From Lachnospiraceae bacterium (GTDB lineage Bacteria; Bacillota; Clostridia; Lachnospirales; Lachnospiraceae), in the NCBI GenBank assembly GCA_045531955.1, contig JAZSFC010000011.1, positions 15,772-79,771 on the forward strand: a DNA stretch of 64,000 nt, in the 5' to 3' direction. The translations under genes and the position numbers were made by a program. Shown in pieces: positions 34,417 to 44,564 of this stretch. The notes under the pieces are model-generated. The model was not told where the DNA came from. It saw only the letters and a list, made by a program, of their open reading frames with translations, and did not search any database. Positions within the stretch are counted from its first letter, which is position 1; each line of letters opens with the position of its first letter.

Positions 34417-35241
34417 ATGTTTTACGGTGCAAAAAACGGAAGTATCAAAATTGAAAATACAGAAATGGATTACATAGTATTTGGTAACGGAACAAAGCCT
34501 CTGATTATGATTCCCGGCCTTGGTGAGGGCTTGAAAACAGTAAAAGGAACGGCAATTCCGTTTGCTTTTATGTACCGCAAAGTGGCAAAGGAATATAAGG
34601 TTTATTGCTTCAGCCGAAGAAATATTCTTCCACAGGGCTTTACCACTAAGGATATGGCGGAGGATTTGTATTTCTGCATGCGGGAACTCGGTATTGAAAA
34701 GGCGATGGTGCTGGGCGTATCCCTTGGTGGCATGATTGTGGAACAACTTGCCATTCATCATCCGGAAGCAGTGGAAAAACTGATTCTTACTGTCACCATT
34801 GCCCGTCAGAATGATACAGTGCAGCAAATGATTAGTAAATGGATGGATTATGCCAAAGAGGGTAAGTACAAGGAGATAATGATTGATACAGCGGAAAATT
34901 CTTACACGGAAGAGTATTTGAAAAAGAGCCGTTGGATGTATGGCTTGCTTGGCAACGTGGGTAAGCCAAAAAGTTTTGAACGTTTCCTGATTATGGCGGA
35001 AGCAGGAAGAACCCACGACGTCTATGAGGAGTTAGAAAAGATTACCTGCCCGACCTTGGTGCTTGGCGGTAGACAGGACAAGATTGTATCCGGTGAAGCT
35101 TCTGTCGAACTGGCAGAAAAAATTCCGGGTAGTCAGCTTTATATGTACGAAAATTATGGTCATGGGCTTTATGAAGAAGCCAAGGATTTTGTGCCGAGAG
35201 TACTTGATTTTTTGGGGAGTAGAAAAGGAACAAGTTTATGA
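34417..35241 (+). CDS. alpha/beta hydrolase
   Basis: Nucleophile elbow GVSLGG, C-terminal ...YGHGLYEE with the catalytic His context. ATG 34417 preferred. Confidence 0.8.
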   Translation: MFYGAKNGSIKIENTEMDYIVFGNGTKPLIMIPGLGEGLKTVKGTAIPFAFMYRKVAKEYKVYCFSRRNILPQGFTTKDMAEDLYFCMRELGIEKAMVLGVSLGGMIVEQLAIHHPEAVEKLILTVTIARQNDTVQQMISKWMDYAKEGKYKEIMIDTAENSYTEEYLKKSRWMYGLLGNVGKPKSFERFLIMAEAGRTHDVYEELEKITCPTLVLGGRQDKIVSGEASVELAEKIPGSQLYMYENYGHGLYEEAKDFVPRVLDFLGSRKGTSL

Positions 35242-36725
35242 AATACATGCATTTTAATTCGTCCTGCTCTTATGCGGGGCTAGCCAATTTACTTGCAATG
35301 CAGGATGTAGATACGGAGGATTATCATATTGCGTTGGATATGGGGCTTCCGTATTTCCTGCGATATGATGAAGAAACGGGTGCATATCTTAATGGCCCTA
35401 TGTTACAGTCGGCAGAATGGTTTGACTTATACTTAAAACCAAGAGGGTTCCGGTATGTAGAGCGTTTTATGGGAAAGCAAGAGGCAGTGGAACAGTTATG
35501 TTCCGGCAGTATGCTTGGATTGCAGGTAACACCAAAGTCTAAGCATGCTGTGATCTTTCTGGGGAAGGAAAACGGTGCATATAAATTTCTGAATAATAAG
35601 CGGGAGGATTCCGAGGAACCGGATTATTTGCTGATTTCTGAAGTGGAATGTTTGGAACGACTTCCGGAACAGGTGGTAGTTGGGCATTTGGAATCCTGCG
35701 AGGCAGAAGCGGTAAATATCAAACCATACTTAGAAGAAGCATTGGCAAACTGGGAAAAGCTGCGGGGAGAATTGCAAGGTTTTATTTCTGAAGTGCAGAC
35801 CCCGCAAGCAATGAAAGAAGCCATGAACCGGTTGTTTCGTCCACTGTTGCTGGACGGTATTAGTATGGCAAAGCTGTTAAATAAAAAAGAGTTAGAGGAA
35901 TGGTTGAGTGCTTTGCAAAAACAGTTTCTGGGGATGTTACGGACAAACGAGACTGTGAAACTTTCAGAACAACTGGACGGTAAAGAAATTGACATGGCGA
36001 TTGATACATTTGTGAGTCTGATAAAACTGCAAAGCATTCGGGAAAGCGAGCGCCATTCCCATGTGGAATTATATTCCGGCAAGGAGTTGTACAAAGAGGG
36101 AAGCTGGCTGCAGAAACCTATTCAGACAGTTACTGATTTATTCCCACTGTTTGAAGAATGCGAGAAATTCAGTGCTTTGGATTTGGGCAGCGGAGTTGGA
36201 AGAAACAGCATTGCCATTGCAAAGCAATTTCAGGGGATTCCTTGCCGAGTAGACTGTGTGGATATTCTGGAGCTTGCTATAGAAAAGCTTATGGAAAACG
36301 CCAAGTGGTTTGGGGTGGAAGAATGCATTCACGGTATAGTTTCTCCTATTGAAGAATTTGAAATTGTTCCAGATACATACGACCTTATTTTAGCGGTTTC
36401 TGCCTTAGAACATATTGATTCTAAAGAATCCTTTGTAAAGAAACTTGAAGAAATGAGAGAAGGTATCAAGCTGCATGGCGTTGCGTGTCTTGTGGTGAAT
36501 TCCGAGGTACGGGAGAAAAACAAAGAAACGGAAGAAGAACTGTTTCCTCAGTTTGAAGTTAATCTGCTGACTGAGGATTTGCAAGTGATTCTGCAAAGAA
36601 TTTTCGAGGGCTGGGAGGTTTTGAAATCCACAGTCCGGGAGCAACAGTATGATATTCCGAGAGAGGGTTGCATTAGTAAACTTAGTACCAGTGTTGTGAC
36701 TTTTGTGGCAAGGAGGACAAGATGA
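35238..36725 (+). CDS. fusion protein: N-terminal papain/BtrH-like Cys-His domain + C-terminal class I SAM methyltransferase
   Basis: N-terminus has NSSCSYAGLANLL (candidate catalytic Cys) and KHAVIFLG (candidate His). The C-terminal half has SAM motif I ALDLGSGVGRNSIAIA and post-I CVDIL. Confidence 0.5.
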   Translation: MKYMHFNSSCSYAGLANLLAMQDVDTEDYHIALDMGLPYFLRYDEETGAYLNGPMLQSAEWFDLYLKPRGFRYVERFMGKQEAVEQLCSGSMLGLQVTPKSKHAVIFLGKENGAYKFLNNKREDSEEPDYLLISEVECLERLPEQVVVGHLESCEAEAVNIKPYLEEALANWEKLRGELQGFISEVQTPQAMKEAMNRLFRPLLLDGISMAKLLNKKELEEWLSALQKQFLGMLRTNETVKLSEQLDGKEIDMAIDTFVSLIKLQSIRESERHSHVELYSGKELYKEGSWLQKPIQTVTDLFPLFEECEKFSALDLGSGVGRNSIAIAKQFQGIPCRVDCVDILELAIEKLMENAKWFGVEECIHGIVSPIEEFEIVPDTYDLILAVSALEHIDSKESFVKKLEEMREGIKLHGVACLVVNSEVREKNKETEEELFPQFEVNLLTEDLQVILQRIFEGWEVLKSTVREQQYDIPREGCISKLSTSVVTFVARRTR

Positions 36726-37189
36726 AGTATAGTAAAGAAGAACTGATTTTCATATTTGAAAAGTATTGCAAAAAGCTTAGAATAACTCCACCGTGGGATA
36801 TCCGGTTGGAGTTTGTGGAAGACCCTAATTGGAGGAAAACCGGTGACTTCAAAATTGACTGTACCGACCAGAAAGCAATCTTGCTTTTAAACATTGCGAA
36901 TCCAAAGCAGGAAAATCTGGAGGAAGTAATTATACATGAATTGATGCATATCAAAATGTACCCATTGGACCAGGTGACGGAAAGTTTAATTACCAGTAAT
37001 TTCGAAGAAGGGACTCCGGGATATAATTTGGCCTATACACAGTTTTTCTCGACACTGGAGCAGACCGTAGAAGAACTGACAAAATGCTTTTTGTTTGAAT
37101 TTGGAGATAACAAAGAATTATCTTACGGAAGGTGTCGGAAAGAGAAATCTTTTAATGAGCTCTACGAGGGATTAAATAATATTGAGTAA
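36722..37189 (+). CDS. hypothetical small HEXXH protein
   Basis: 155 aa. VIIHELMHIKMYP contains HEXXH. The start overlaps the upstream stop (ATGA). Confidence 0.45.
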   Translation: MKYSKEELIFIFEKYCKKLRITPPWDIRLEFVEDPNWRKTGDFKIDCTDQKAILLLNIANPKQENLEEVIIHELMHIKMYPLDQVTESLITSNFEEGTPGYNLAYTQFFSTLEQTVEELTKCFLFEFGDNKELSYGRCRKEKSFNELYEGLNNIE

Positions 37190-37203
37190 TAGAGGGTGAA
37201 ATT

Positions 37204-37887
37204 ATGGTAAATTCCTTTAAAGAATTTTGTAATGAAATACATAAGTGTGGTTTTTCCATGGGTGGAGGTAATGCCAAGGGCATTTATGCCGTGATTCCTT
37301 ACGATTGGAAGAGTACGCCGCCCGGATGCAACATTGTATGGCACACCGGCGACCCGGAAACGGACCCATGGGAGTGGCGTATGCGGGTGCTGGAAGAAAA
37401 GAAAGAGATTGCCTATGCTAAGGTGTTTTTTAATGCCAGCGGATATATTGCAAAGGGCTGGTATCCGTATTTTCTGGCGGTGCGCCGTCAGGGTATGACT
37501 TTGGAAGACTGGTACGAAATCGGCAAAATCAGTTACTTTGAAAAACAGATTTATGATGTGATTGCGGCTAATAAAAGAATTGCTTTTCATGACATTAAGA
37601 ATGAGTGTGGCATCACCAAGGAGACCAACAGCCAGTTTGAGCGGACGTTGGTGAATCTGCAGAAGAACCTGTTTATTACCATGTGCGGACGAATGCCAAA
37701 GCTCAATAAGTATGGTGAACCTTACGGCTGGAACAGCACGGTATTTTGCACGGTGGAAGACTTCTGGGGTGAGGATTTGACGGCAGAGATGGATGCTGAG
37801 GAAGCCTATCAGGTCATCCGTGACCGGATTTTGGAACTGAATCCGGAGGCCCAGGAAAAGAATATAAAGAAATTTATTTTAGGCTAG
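37204..37887 (+). CDS. hypothetical protein (possibly AlkZ-related winged-helix family; uncertain)
   Basis: 227 aa, Trp-rich (WHTGDPETDPWEWRMRVLEE). The family assignment is from memory only. Confidence 0.3.
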   Translation: MVNSFKEFCNEIHKCGFSMGGGNAKGIYAVIPYDWKSTPPGCNIVWHTGDPETDPWEWRMRVLEEKKEIAYAKVFFNASGYIAKGWYPYFLAVRRQGMTLEDWYEIGKISYFEKQIYDVIAANKRIAFHDIKNECGITKETNSQFERTLVNLQKNLFITMCGRMPKLNKYGEPYGWNSTVFCTVEDFWGEDLTAEMDAEEAYQVIRDRILELNPEAQEKNIKKFILG

Positions 37888-37908
37888 AAATCAGAGAGGT
37901 TAGACATC

Positions 37909-38457
37909 ATGGAGGACATTCGGGATATGCGGCGCAGTGACTGGCACCGCATTTTAGAACGTGAATATACAGTAAGTCCATGCTCTTTTCAAAACATGGA
38001 AGGCGTTGTATCGTTGTTACAAATCAGGAAAGTAACAGAACCGCTTCTGGTACCCGGTGAGAACGGAGAAAAAGTGCTGATTGCAGATGCGGGCTATTCC
38101 TGGCTGCAGGTAGCATTTAAGGAGCAGTTCTTTTGGGCAACGGTAATGTATGATGACAAGGGCAGGTTCATGCAGGGGTATTTTGATATCACCGGCGGAA
38201 ACTTTTTTGAAGATATGGAAAATCCTACGTTTAGGGATATGTATTTAGATTTGGTGTTGCTGGATGGAGGTCGGATTTTAGTTCTTGACCGGGATGAACT
38301 GGATGAGGCGTTGGAGCAAAGGGAAATCAGTGAGGAACAGTATCAGCAGACGGTAAAAGAGGGAAAGAAGCTGTACCGGTTGTTACAGGAGAAAGGGAAA
38401 GAATTTTTACAATTCTGTAGTGAATGGCGAGAGAAACTGCTGGAGGAAGCACAATGA
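37909..38457 (+). CDS. DUF402-type nucleoside tri/diphosphatase-like protein
   Basis: GYFDITGG...FRDMYLDLVLL...LDRDELDEA matches the DUF402 (Ntdp/FomD-like) pattern. Confidence 0.6.
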   Translation: MEDIRDMRRSDWHRILEREYTVSPCSFQNMEGVVSLLQIRKVTEPLLVPGENGEKVLIADAGYSWLQVAFKEQFFWATVMYDDKGRFMQGYFDITGGNFFEDMENPTFRDMYLDLVLLDGGRILVLDRDELDEALEQREISEEQYQQTVKEGKKLYRLLQEKGKEFLQFCSEWREKLLEEAQ

Positions 38458-39002
38458 ATCTTTGGAAACATTTCAAAACAATTACAAAGCATAAACTACT
38501 GGTACTGGATGGTTGCTTTAAGGTAGGTCTGTATTGGCAAGGTCTTACTCATGACATGTCCAAATATTCCCCGACGGAATTTTTTAACGGCGTCCGTTAT
38601 TTCCAGGGATACCGTAGCCCGATTTCAGCGGAACGTGAGGACAAGGGCTATTCCGAGGCGTGGATGCACCATAAAGGACGTAACAAGCATCATTATGAGT
38701 ACTGGACGGATATGAATCTGGAAACCAGGCAGTACGAATCCCGTCCGATGCCGCGAAAATACCTGGTGGAGATGGTGATGGACCGCCGGGCTGCCAGTAT
38801 GAATTATCAGAAGGAAGCATATACACCGGCACATCCGCTGGAGTATCAGCTCACCAGCAAGGACCGGCCGCTCATGAACGAGCAGACGAGAAGGGAACTG
38901 GAATATATTTTAACTATGCTCCGGGACAAAGGTGAGAAGGAAACCTTCCGGTACTTGAAGAAAGAAGTGTTAAAGGGTAAGCCATTTCCTTGGGAACAGT
39001 AA
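38454..39002 (+). CDS. hypothetical His-rich protein (DUF5662-like; uncertain)
   Basis: 182 aa from ATG 38454 (ATGA overlap). LTHDMSKY and HHKGRNKHHYEYW motifs. Confidence 0.35.
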   Translation: MNLWKHFKTITKHKLLVLDGCFKVGLYWQGLTHDMSKYSPTEFFNGVRYFQGYRSPISAEREDKGYSEAWMHHKGRNKHHYEYWTDMNLETRQYESRPMPRKYLVEMVMDRRAASMNYQKEAYTPAHPLEYQLTSKDRPLMNEQTRRELEYILTMLRDKGEKETFRYLKKEVLKGKPFPWEQ

Positions 39003-39086
39003 AGTCTTTCAAAGGTGAAAAGATGGTTGTAAAAGATAGTGCAAAAAGAATTGTTTGACAATTTGAATAAAAATATTAAAAAGTTC

Positions 39087-39115
39087 TTGCAATGGCGAGG
39101 CGGAAGTGGTAGAAT
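39087..39115 (+). promoter_or_regulatory. internal promoter of the array
   Basis: TTGCAA (39087-39092), 17-bp spacer, TAGAAT (39110-39115) with extended TGG. It lies in the only long (155-nt) gap in the first third of the array. Confidence 0.55.
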
Positions 39116-39157
39116 AAGCCAATTATATTTTTTTAGGAAGAAAGTTGGGAGGATTCT

Positions 39158-39952
39158 ATGAAGCAAAAACTTATCAATATTTTAAGCAACATGAAGCGCT
39201 ACAACGCATCGAATTTGGCAGAACTTACTTTTGGATTAGATACAAATGTGGAATACGATGCTTTGGTTGTGGCACCGGCCTGGAAGCCAACAAAGATTAT
39301 AGAAGACCCCTCATTTACAACTATTGTGTTAACAGAACATTCTTACATTTCAAGTTATCTGGTAGAAAAGGATGGTCTGAAAATTGCCTGGGTTCAGACT
39401 GCTTCCGGTGGTGGAAATCTGCTTGACCATTTGCTCATTTGTGGAGAATTAAAGTTTAAGAAACTGATATTTATCGGTGCCGTAGGCGCTTTAAAGGAAG
39501 GGATTGATTTAGGAGATTTATGTACCCCATCCTATAGTGTTGCAGGTGTCTTCGCCAACGCCTATTTGTGCGAGAAATTGTCAGATTACAGACCATTTGG
39601 CAAGGTGTATCCTGACGAAAGTTACATAGACGAGGTAATTGCACTGGCAAAGAATACTGGTTATGAATTGAAGAAGGCTTCGGTGTTCTGCACCGATTCC
39701 ATTGCACTGGAGTACTCCCATTTAGAAGAAATCAGAGCCTTTGATACGGATTTAATCGAGATGGAAACCGGTACTTTTTATGAAGTGGCAAAGCTGTTTG
39801 AGGTTCCGGCGGTGGCATTGTTGGTTGTTTCCGATAACTCCGCAACCGGGCTTCCATTGATTGGAAGAAACGAAGAGCAGATGAAAAAGTATAAAGTAGG
39901 ACGGAACGTGATTATTCCGGATTTGATTTACAAAATTGCAAAATCAAAATGA
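39158..39952 (+). CDS. nucleoside phosphorylase family protein (PNP_UDP_1-like)
   Basis: LIFIGAVGAL and DLIEMETGTFYEVA...VALLVVSDN resemble the PNP/UDP phosphorylase core. Confidence 0.65.
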   Translation: MKQKLINILSNMKRYNASNLAELTFGLDTNVEYDALVVAPAWKPTKIIEDPSFTTIVLTEHSYISSYLVEKDGLKIAWVQTASGGGNLLDHLLICGELKFKKLIFIGAVGALKEGIDLGDLCTPSYSVAGVFANAYLCEKLSDYRPFGKVYPDESYIDEVIALAKNTGYELKKASVFCTDSIALEYSHLEEIRAFDTDLIEMETGTFYEVAKLFEVPAVALLVVSDNSATGLPLIGRNEEQMKKYKVGRNVIIPDLIYKIAKSK

Positions 39953-39969
39953 TTGGACTTTAGTAGAAC

Positions 39970-40737
39970 ATGATAGAAGAATATAGGGATTTGCTGGAGA
40001 AATTCATATCTTACAGCAAAGAAATTTTTGGAGCAAATTTAACAGGAATTTATCTCCATGGGTCTGTGGTCATGAACTGCTTTAACCCGGAGAAGAGCGA
40101 TTTGGATTTATTGGTTGTAGTGCGGGAGAGCATTCCTGATGAAATCAAACTACAGTTTATGAATCTCGTGATGGAGCTGAATAAACAGGCTCCAGCAAAA
40201 GGGCTGGAACTCAGTGTGGTAAAGGAAGAGGTGTGCAAGCCTTTTGTATATCCGACACCCTTTGAACTGCATTTTTCCAATGCTCACCTAAATTGGTATC
40301 AGAGTAATCCACAGGATTATGTGGAGAAGATGAATGGCACTGACAAGGATTTGGCAGCGCATTTTACTATTACCTATCATAGGGGACAGGTGCTGTACGG
40401 ACAAGGTATTCCGGAGGTGTTTGCACCGGTGCCAATGGCAGACTATTTGGATAGCATTTGGTGTGATATCGAAAATGCGGTGGAGGAAATTGCAGAAAAT
40501 CCGATGTATCTGACCTTAAATCTCTGCCGGGTGCTGGCTTATAAAAGGAACGGGCTTATTGTATCTAAACAGGAAGGCGGAGAATGGGGCTTAAAGAATG
40601 TTGATAAACCGAAGTTTCAAACTCTGATTATGGCAGCTTTACAGGAATATCAGAGCAATAAAGCGATGGTATTTAATGTGGCAGTAGCAAAGGAATTTGC
40701 AAATTATATGCTGGGAGAGATTAAGAAAAATGAGTGA
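39970..40737 (+). CDS. aminoglycoside nucleotidyltransferase-like protein (ANT(3'')/(9)-type, NTase + DUF4111-like)
   Basis: IYLHGSVVMNCFNPEKSDLDLLVVV is the GS...DxD nucleotidyltransferase motif. 255 aa, typical for AadA-like enzymes. Confidence 0.7.
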   Translation: MIEEYRDLLEKFISYSKEIFGANLTGIYLHGSVVMNCFNPEKSDLDLLVVVRESIPDEIKLQFMNLVMELNKQAPAKGLELSVVKEEVCKPFVYPTPFELHFSNAHLNWYQSNPQDYVEKMNGTDKDLAAHFTITYHRGQVLYGQGIPEVFAPVPMADYLDSIWCDIENAVEEIAENPMYLTLNLCRVLAYKRNGLIVSKQEGGEWGLKNVDKPKFQTLIMAALQEYQSNKAMVFNVAVAKEFANYMLGEIKKNE

Positions 40738-41233
40738 TAATTATTTGATTCGTAAGGTGATGCCCGGTGATGAGACGGTTCTTGCTTATATTCAGACCGA
40801 GAGCTGGAAGGCAGCGTTTAAAGATATTTTAGAGGAAGAAGAGCTGATTCGTTGTACGAACATCGAACGGGCTACTAATATGTATGCCGGTTTATTAGAA
40901 GCGAAAAAAGGCAACGGATATCTTATGGAAGTGAATGGCAAAGGTCACTGTATCGCCTGGTGGGATGCATCCCGTGAGGTAGATATGCCGGACTATGCAG
41001 AACTCATTTGTATCCACAGTCTGCAGGATAATTGGAGTAAGGGTTACGGTAGCAAAATGATGGATAGGGTACTTACGGATATTGCTGAAGCAGGATACAA
41101 AAAGGTGATGCTCTGGGTGTTTGAGGAAAATACCAGAGCAAGGAGATTTTATGAAGCCAAAGGTTTTGTAAAAGGTGAGAAATCCAAGGTGAGCCTGAAT
41201 GCCGTGGAAGTGATGTATGTGAAAGAACTGTAA
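40730..41233 (+). CDS. GNAT family N-acetyltransferase
   Basis: WSKGYGSKMM CoA-binding motif, ARRFYEAKGF C-terminal GNAT motif. Confidence 0.8.
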   Translation: MSDNYLIRKVMPGDETVLAYIQTESWKAAFKDILEEEELIRCTNIERATNMYAGLLEAKKGNGYLMEVNGKGHCIAWWDASREVDMPDYAELICIHSLQDNWSKGYGSKMMDRVLTDIAEAGYKKVMLWVFEENTRARRFYEAKGFVKGEKSKVSLNAVEVMYVKEL

Positions 41234-41255
41234 TAGGAAAGATGGAGAGGAAAGG

Positions 41256-41705
41256 ATGAATAATATCAGACAGGCAATCCCGGCAGATGTTGCCCGTGTT
41301 GCAGAAATTGAAATATTTAATTACCGCTTAAATTTCTATCCGATTTTTCAGAACGATTGGTTTTACTTTGATGAAAAGCAGGTTCCAAAGGAAATGAAGC
41401 GGTATGAAACAGAAGAAGGCTTGCTTCAAAATACCTATGTTTATGATGATGGAGTAGTAAAAGGCTTTATCCAGCTTGACGGAACAAAGGTTGCCAAGCT
41501 TTTTGTGGAGCCGGTACTACAGGGCAATGGAATTGGTGCGAAACTGCTGGAATATGCTGTGGCAGAAAAGCAAGCCAACCATTTGTGGGCATTGGAGAAG
41601 AATGTGAAGGCCATTCGGTTTTATGAGAGGCATGGTTTTCATGTAACAGAAGAGAAAAAGTTGGAAGAGGATACCACGGAGTATTTGGTACGGTTGGAAC
41701 GGTAG
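41256..41705 (+). CDS. GNAT family N-acetyltransferase
   Basis: LQGNGIGAKLL and AIRFYERHGF motifs. Confidence 0.8.
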   Translation: MNNIRQAIPADVARVAEIEIFNYRLNFYPIFQNDWFYFDEKQVPKEMKRYETEEGLLQNTYVYDDGVVKGFIQLDGTKVAKLFVEPVLQGNGIGAKLLEYAVAEKQANHLWALEKNVKAIRFYERHGFHVTEEKKLEEDTTEYLVRLER

Positions 41706-41748
41706 AAACAGTGTGAGAACGATATTGGGAGATTGGAGGCGCGACGAT

Positions 41749-42684
41749 ATGCAAAATATGTTCATTGAAGGTTTGAAAAACAATGATGTAGATAAGTTGC
41801 TGAAAGTTCCCAAGAGTGATATCCATAATCATTCCACAAAAGGATGCAGGAGAGTATGGCTGGAAGAACGTCTAAATCGCAATTTCCCGGAACCACCCGA
41901 CAGATTTGGTGGGCTTACAGGAATGCAGGAATGGTTTACTGCATCAATTAAACCATACTGTAAAGATATTGAAGGAATTATCTTAAGATGGGAAGGCGCA
42001 TTTGCAGAAGCAAAAAGGAATAATATCACGAGACTGGCGATGAACTTTGGAGCCGCGGAAGTTGATTTTGTTGGCGGAATGGATACATTCAAAAGTATTA
42101 TCGACGGTTTTTATCAGAAATATTGCCCCAATGCAGTATTTGAGCCGGAAATCACTTATATTTCGGCTTGTAATGTTTTGCAGGAAGCAGAAAAATTAGA
42201 CCGGTATATTTCTTCCGGATTTTTCAAGTCTATTGATGTATGCGGTGGAGAGAATGTGCAGCCCTTTGAGGCTTTTCTGCCCTTGTATCGTAAAGCGGAA
42301 TGTTACCATCTGACTAAGAAGATGCATGTAGGGGAAATCGGCTCTGCAGAAGATGTACGGCGGGCAGTTGAAGTATTGGGGCTTGAGGAAGTTCACCATG
42401 GAATAAATGCCGTTACCTCGGATGAAGTCATGAGATTTCTGGCGGATAACCGGATTCAGTTGAATGTTTGTCCAAGCAGTAACGTGATGCTTGGATATGC
42501 TGCGGATTACAAAGACCATCCGATTAAGACGTTGTACGAGAATGGCATTAAAGTAACGATAAATACGGATGACTTGCTGCTGTTTGACAGTTCTATTGAA
42601 AATGAATATCTGTTACTTTATCAGGCAGGTGCGTTAAGTGCAAATCAGCTGGATGAAATCCGAAGGAATGGACTAAACGGATAG
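41749..42684 (+). CDS. adenosine/adenine deaminase-family metallohydrolase
   Basis: DIHNH, HVGE, HHG and TINTDD metal/catalytic motifs in canonical order. Confidence 0.8.
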   Translation: MQNMFIEGLKNNDVDKLLKVPKSDIHNHSTKGCRRVWLEERLNRNFPEPPDRFGGLTGMQEWFTASIKPYCKDIEGIILRWEGAFAEAKRNNITRLAMNFGAAEVDFVGGMDTFKSIIDGFYQKYCPNAVFEPEITYISACNVLQEAEKLDRYISSGFFKSIDVCGGENVQPFEAFLPLYRKAECYHLTKKMHVGEIGSAEDVRRAVEVLGLEEVHHGINAVTSDEVMRFLADNRIQLNVCPSSNVMLGYAADYKDHPIKTLYENGIKVTINTDDLLLFDSSIENEYLLLYQAGALSANQLDEIRRNGLNG

Positions 42685-42708
42685 AGGAAGTCTGCGGGAG
42701 GAAAAAAG

Positions 42709-43548
42709 ATGAAATATCAGTTAAAGCATTATGAAAATCGAAGTGTGGCGCAGGACAGCAGCCTCTTACAAAATGATGATGCCATCACGTTTTCGGTGTT
42801 GGTGACAATTTTGCAGGGAACATGTACACATATATACACAAACCACGAAAGCATAATTATTTGTTACTCCATGCCTCCTTATCCGGTGTGGATTTGGTGT
42901 AAGGATGTAAGCAACCGGGAAGACGTGCAGAATGTTGCCGAATGCCTGAAAAATGAGTTTCCGCTGGAAGCAGGTTACAACTACAATATTGGGTATGAGT
43001 TGTTAGATGCGATTAAGGAAGCAGATTCTTACTTTGAAAAATCCGAGGTAAGAACGAATATGTTATCTTATCGTTTGGATACTATCCGGGAAATTGCGTA
43101 TCCATGTGAAGGAAAACGTAGCATGATTGGCGAACAGGATAAAGAACTTGCAATCAAGCTGTGGCATGACTTGAGTCTTGAAATGTTGGGACATGAACAC
43201 AGTGAAGAGTTTTGTCGTAAGAAAATTGAAACCCTTATTGAGAAACAGACTTTGCATTGCTGGAGAAATAATGTCGGAGAAATCGTGGCTTTGACAGACC
43301 GGGACGACATTGGATTGTACGGGAAAATCAGTGCGGTTTATACGTTGCCGAATCAGCGCCGAAAAGGTTATGCTATCAATCTGGTACATGCAGTATCCGA
43401 AGATATCTTAAAGGATGGTCTGGTACCGATTCTATACACGGATGCGGATTACGGCGCATCCAATTCCTGCTACAAAAAGATTGGATTTGAGCAGGTGGGA
43501 AGCCTTTGTACAGTGCAGGGAAAGGATAGGGAAAATCATGGAGCATAA
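42709..43548 (+). CDS. GNAT family N-acetyltransferase with N-terminal extension
   Basis: 279 aa. C-terminal NQRRKGYAINLV and CYKKIGF motifs. Confidence 0.7.
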   Translation: MKYQLKHYENRSVAQDSSLLQNDDAITFSVLVTILQGTCTHIYTNHESIIICYSMPPYPVWIWCKDVSNREDVQNVAECLKNEFPLEAGYNYNIGYELLDAIKEADSYFEKSEVRTNMLSYRLDTIREIAYPCEGKRSMIGEQDKELAIKLWHDLSLEMLGHEHSEEFCRKKIETLIEKQTLHCWRNNVGEIVALTDRDDIGLYGKISAVYTLPNQRRKGYAINLVHAVSEDILKDGLVPILYTDADYGASNSCYKKIGFEQVGSLCTVQGKDRENHGA

Positions 43549-44014
43549 CAACACCAACTGGTGCCAGTCGGTCACCGGTGTAGTAATTAAGGATAACAAG
43601 GTTTTACTGGCAAGACATACCTATGGTTCCGGCAAGGGACTCTATATCGTGCCGGGCGGCTATGTGGAGTTTGGCGAAATGCCACAGGATGCAGTAAAAC
43701 GGGAGATCTTTGAGGAAACAAAGATTGTGGCGGAGCCAAAGAATATCATCGGCATCCGATTTAATGATAAAGACTGGTATGTGGCGTTTTCGGCAGAATA
43801 TGTATCAGGAGAAGCATCTTCCGACGGTGATGAAAATGATGCCGTTGTCTGGATGGATATTTCGGAAGCACTGGAACGGGAGGATGTACCGGGGCTTACT
43901 AAGACACTGATTCAGTGTGCCCTAAAGGAAGCGGAAGGTTTTAGACCACTGCCGTATGTGAGCCGGAATAGGCCGGGATTTTTATACGGGATAGATATAT
44001 CGGAAGGTGAGTGA
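43538..44014 (+). CDS. NUDIX hydrolase
   Basis: Nudix box GGYVEFGEMPQDAVKREIFEETK. ATG 43538 overlaps the upstream gene by 11 nt. Confidence 0.88.
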   Translation: MEHNNTNWCQSVTGVVIKDNKVLLARHTYGSGKGLYIVPGGYVEFGEMPQDAVKREIFEETKIVAEPKNIIGIRFNDKDWYVAFSAEYVSGEASSDGDENDAVVWMDISEALEREDVPGLTKTLIQCALKEAEGFRPLPYVSRNRPGFLYGIDISEGE

Positions 44015-44018
44015 TAAC

Positions 44019-44522
44019 ATGAGTCTGGAAATCAGAAAATTAAGCCCGGATGACGGCAAAGAATTTTACGATATGTTGCAGGAAATGCCTGCGGATGAAA
44101 ATGGCTTTGTTAATTCTGTAGCAGGAAAATCTTATGATGAATACCAAGCATGGTTAAAGGCTTCCGCAGCAAGTTCCGAGAAGAAGGAAATCGTGGATGG
44201 TTGGAAAGTGCCGCAGACCATCTTTTGGCTTTTAGAAGATGGTAAACCGGTAGGATTTGGTAAGGTACGCCATTTTCTTACGGAAAAACTTCTGGAAGAG
44301 GGTGGCAATGTTGGGTATGGAATTCGTCCGAGTGCCAGAAACAAGGGATTCGGAAAACAATTTGTAGGTCTGCTAAAAGAAGAGTGTAAGAAACTCGGCG
44401 TAGAGAAAATGCTGCTTACCATCCGGAAAACGAATGTACCGTCCCGGCAGGTGGCACTGGCCAACGGCGGCAGAATAGAGCGTGAAACTGAAGAAAGATA
44501 CTATATCTGGATTAATGTGTAG
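44019..44522 (+). CDS. GNAT family N-acetyltransferase
   Basis: ARNKGFGKQFV motif. 167 aa. Confidence 0.75.
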   Translation: MSLEIRKLSPDDGKEFYDMLQEMPADENGFVNSVAGKSYDEYQAWLKASAASSEKKEIVDGWKVPQTIFWLLEDGKPVGFGKVRHFLTEKLLEEGGNVGYGIRPSARNKGFGKQFVGLLKEECKKLGVEKMLLTIRKTNVPSRQVALANGGRIERETEERYYIWINV

Positions 44523-44564
44523 TGTTTATAAAGTGTTATTAATTATGAAAAAAGGAGAAAAGGT

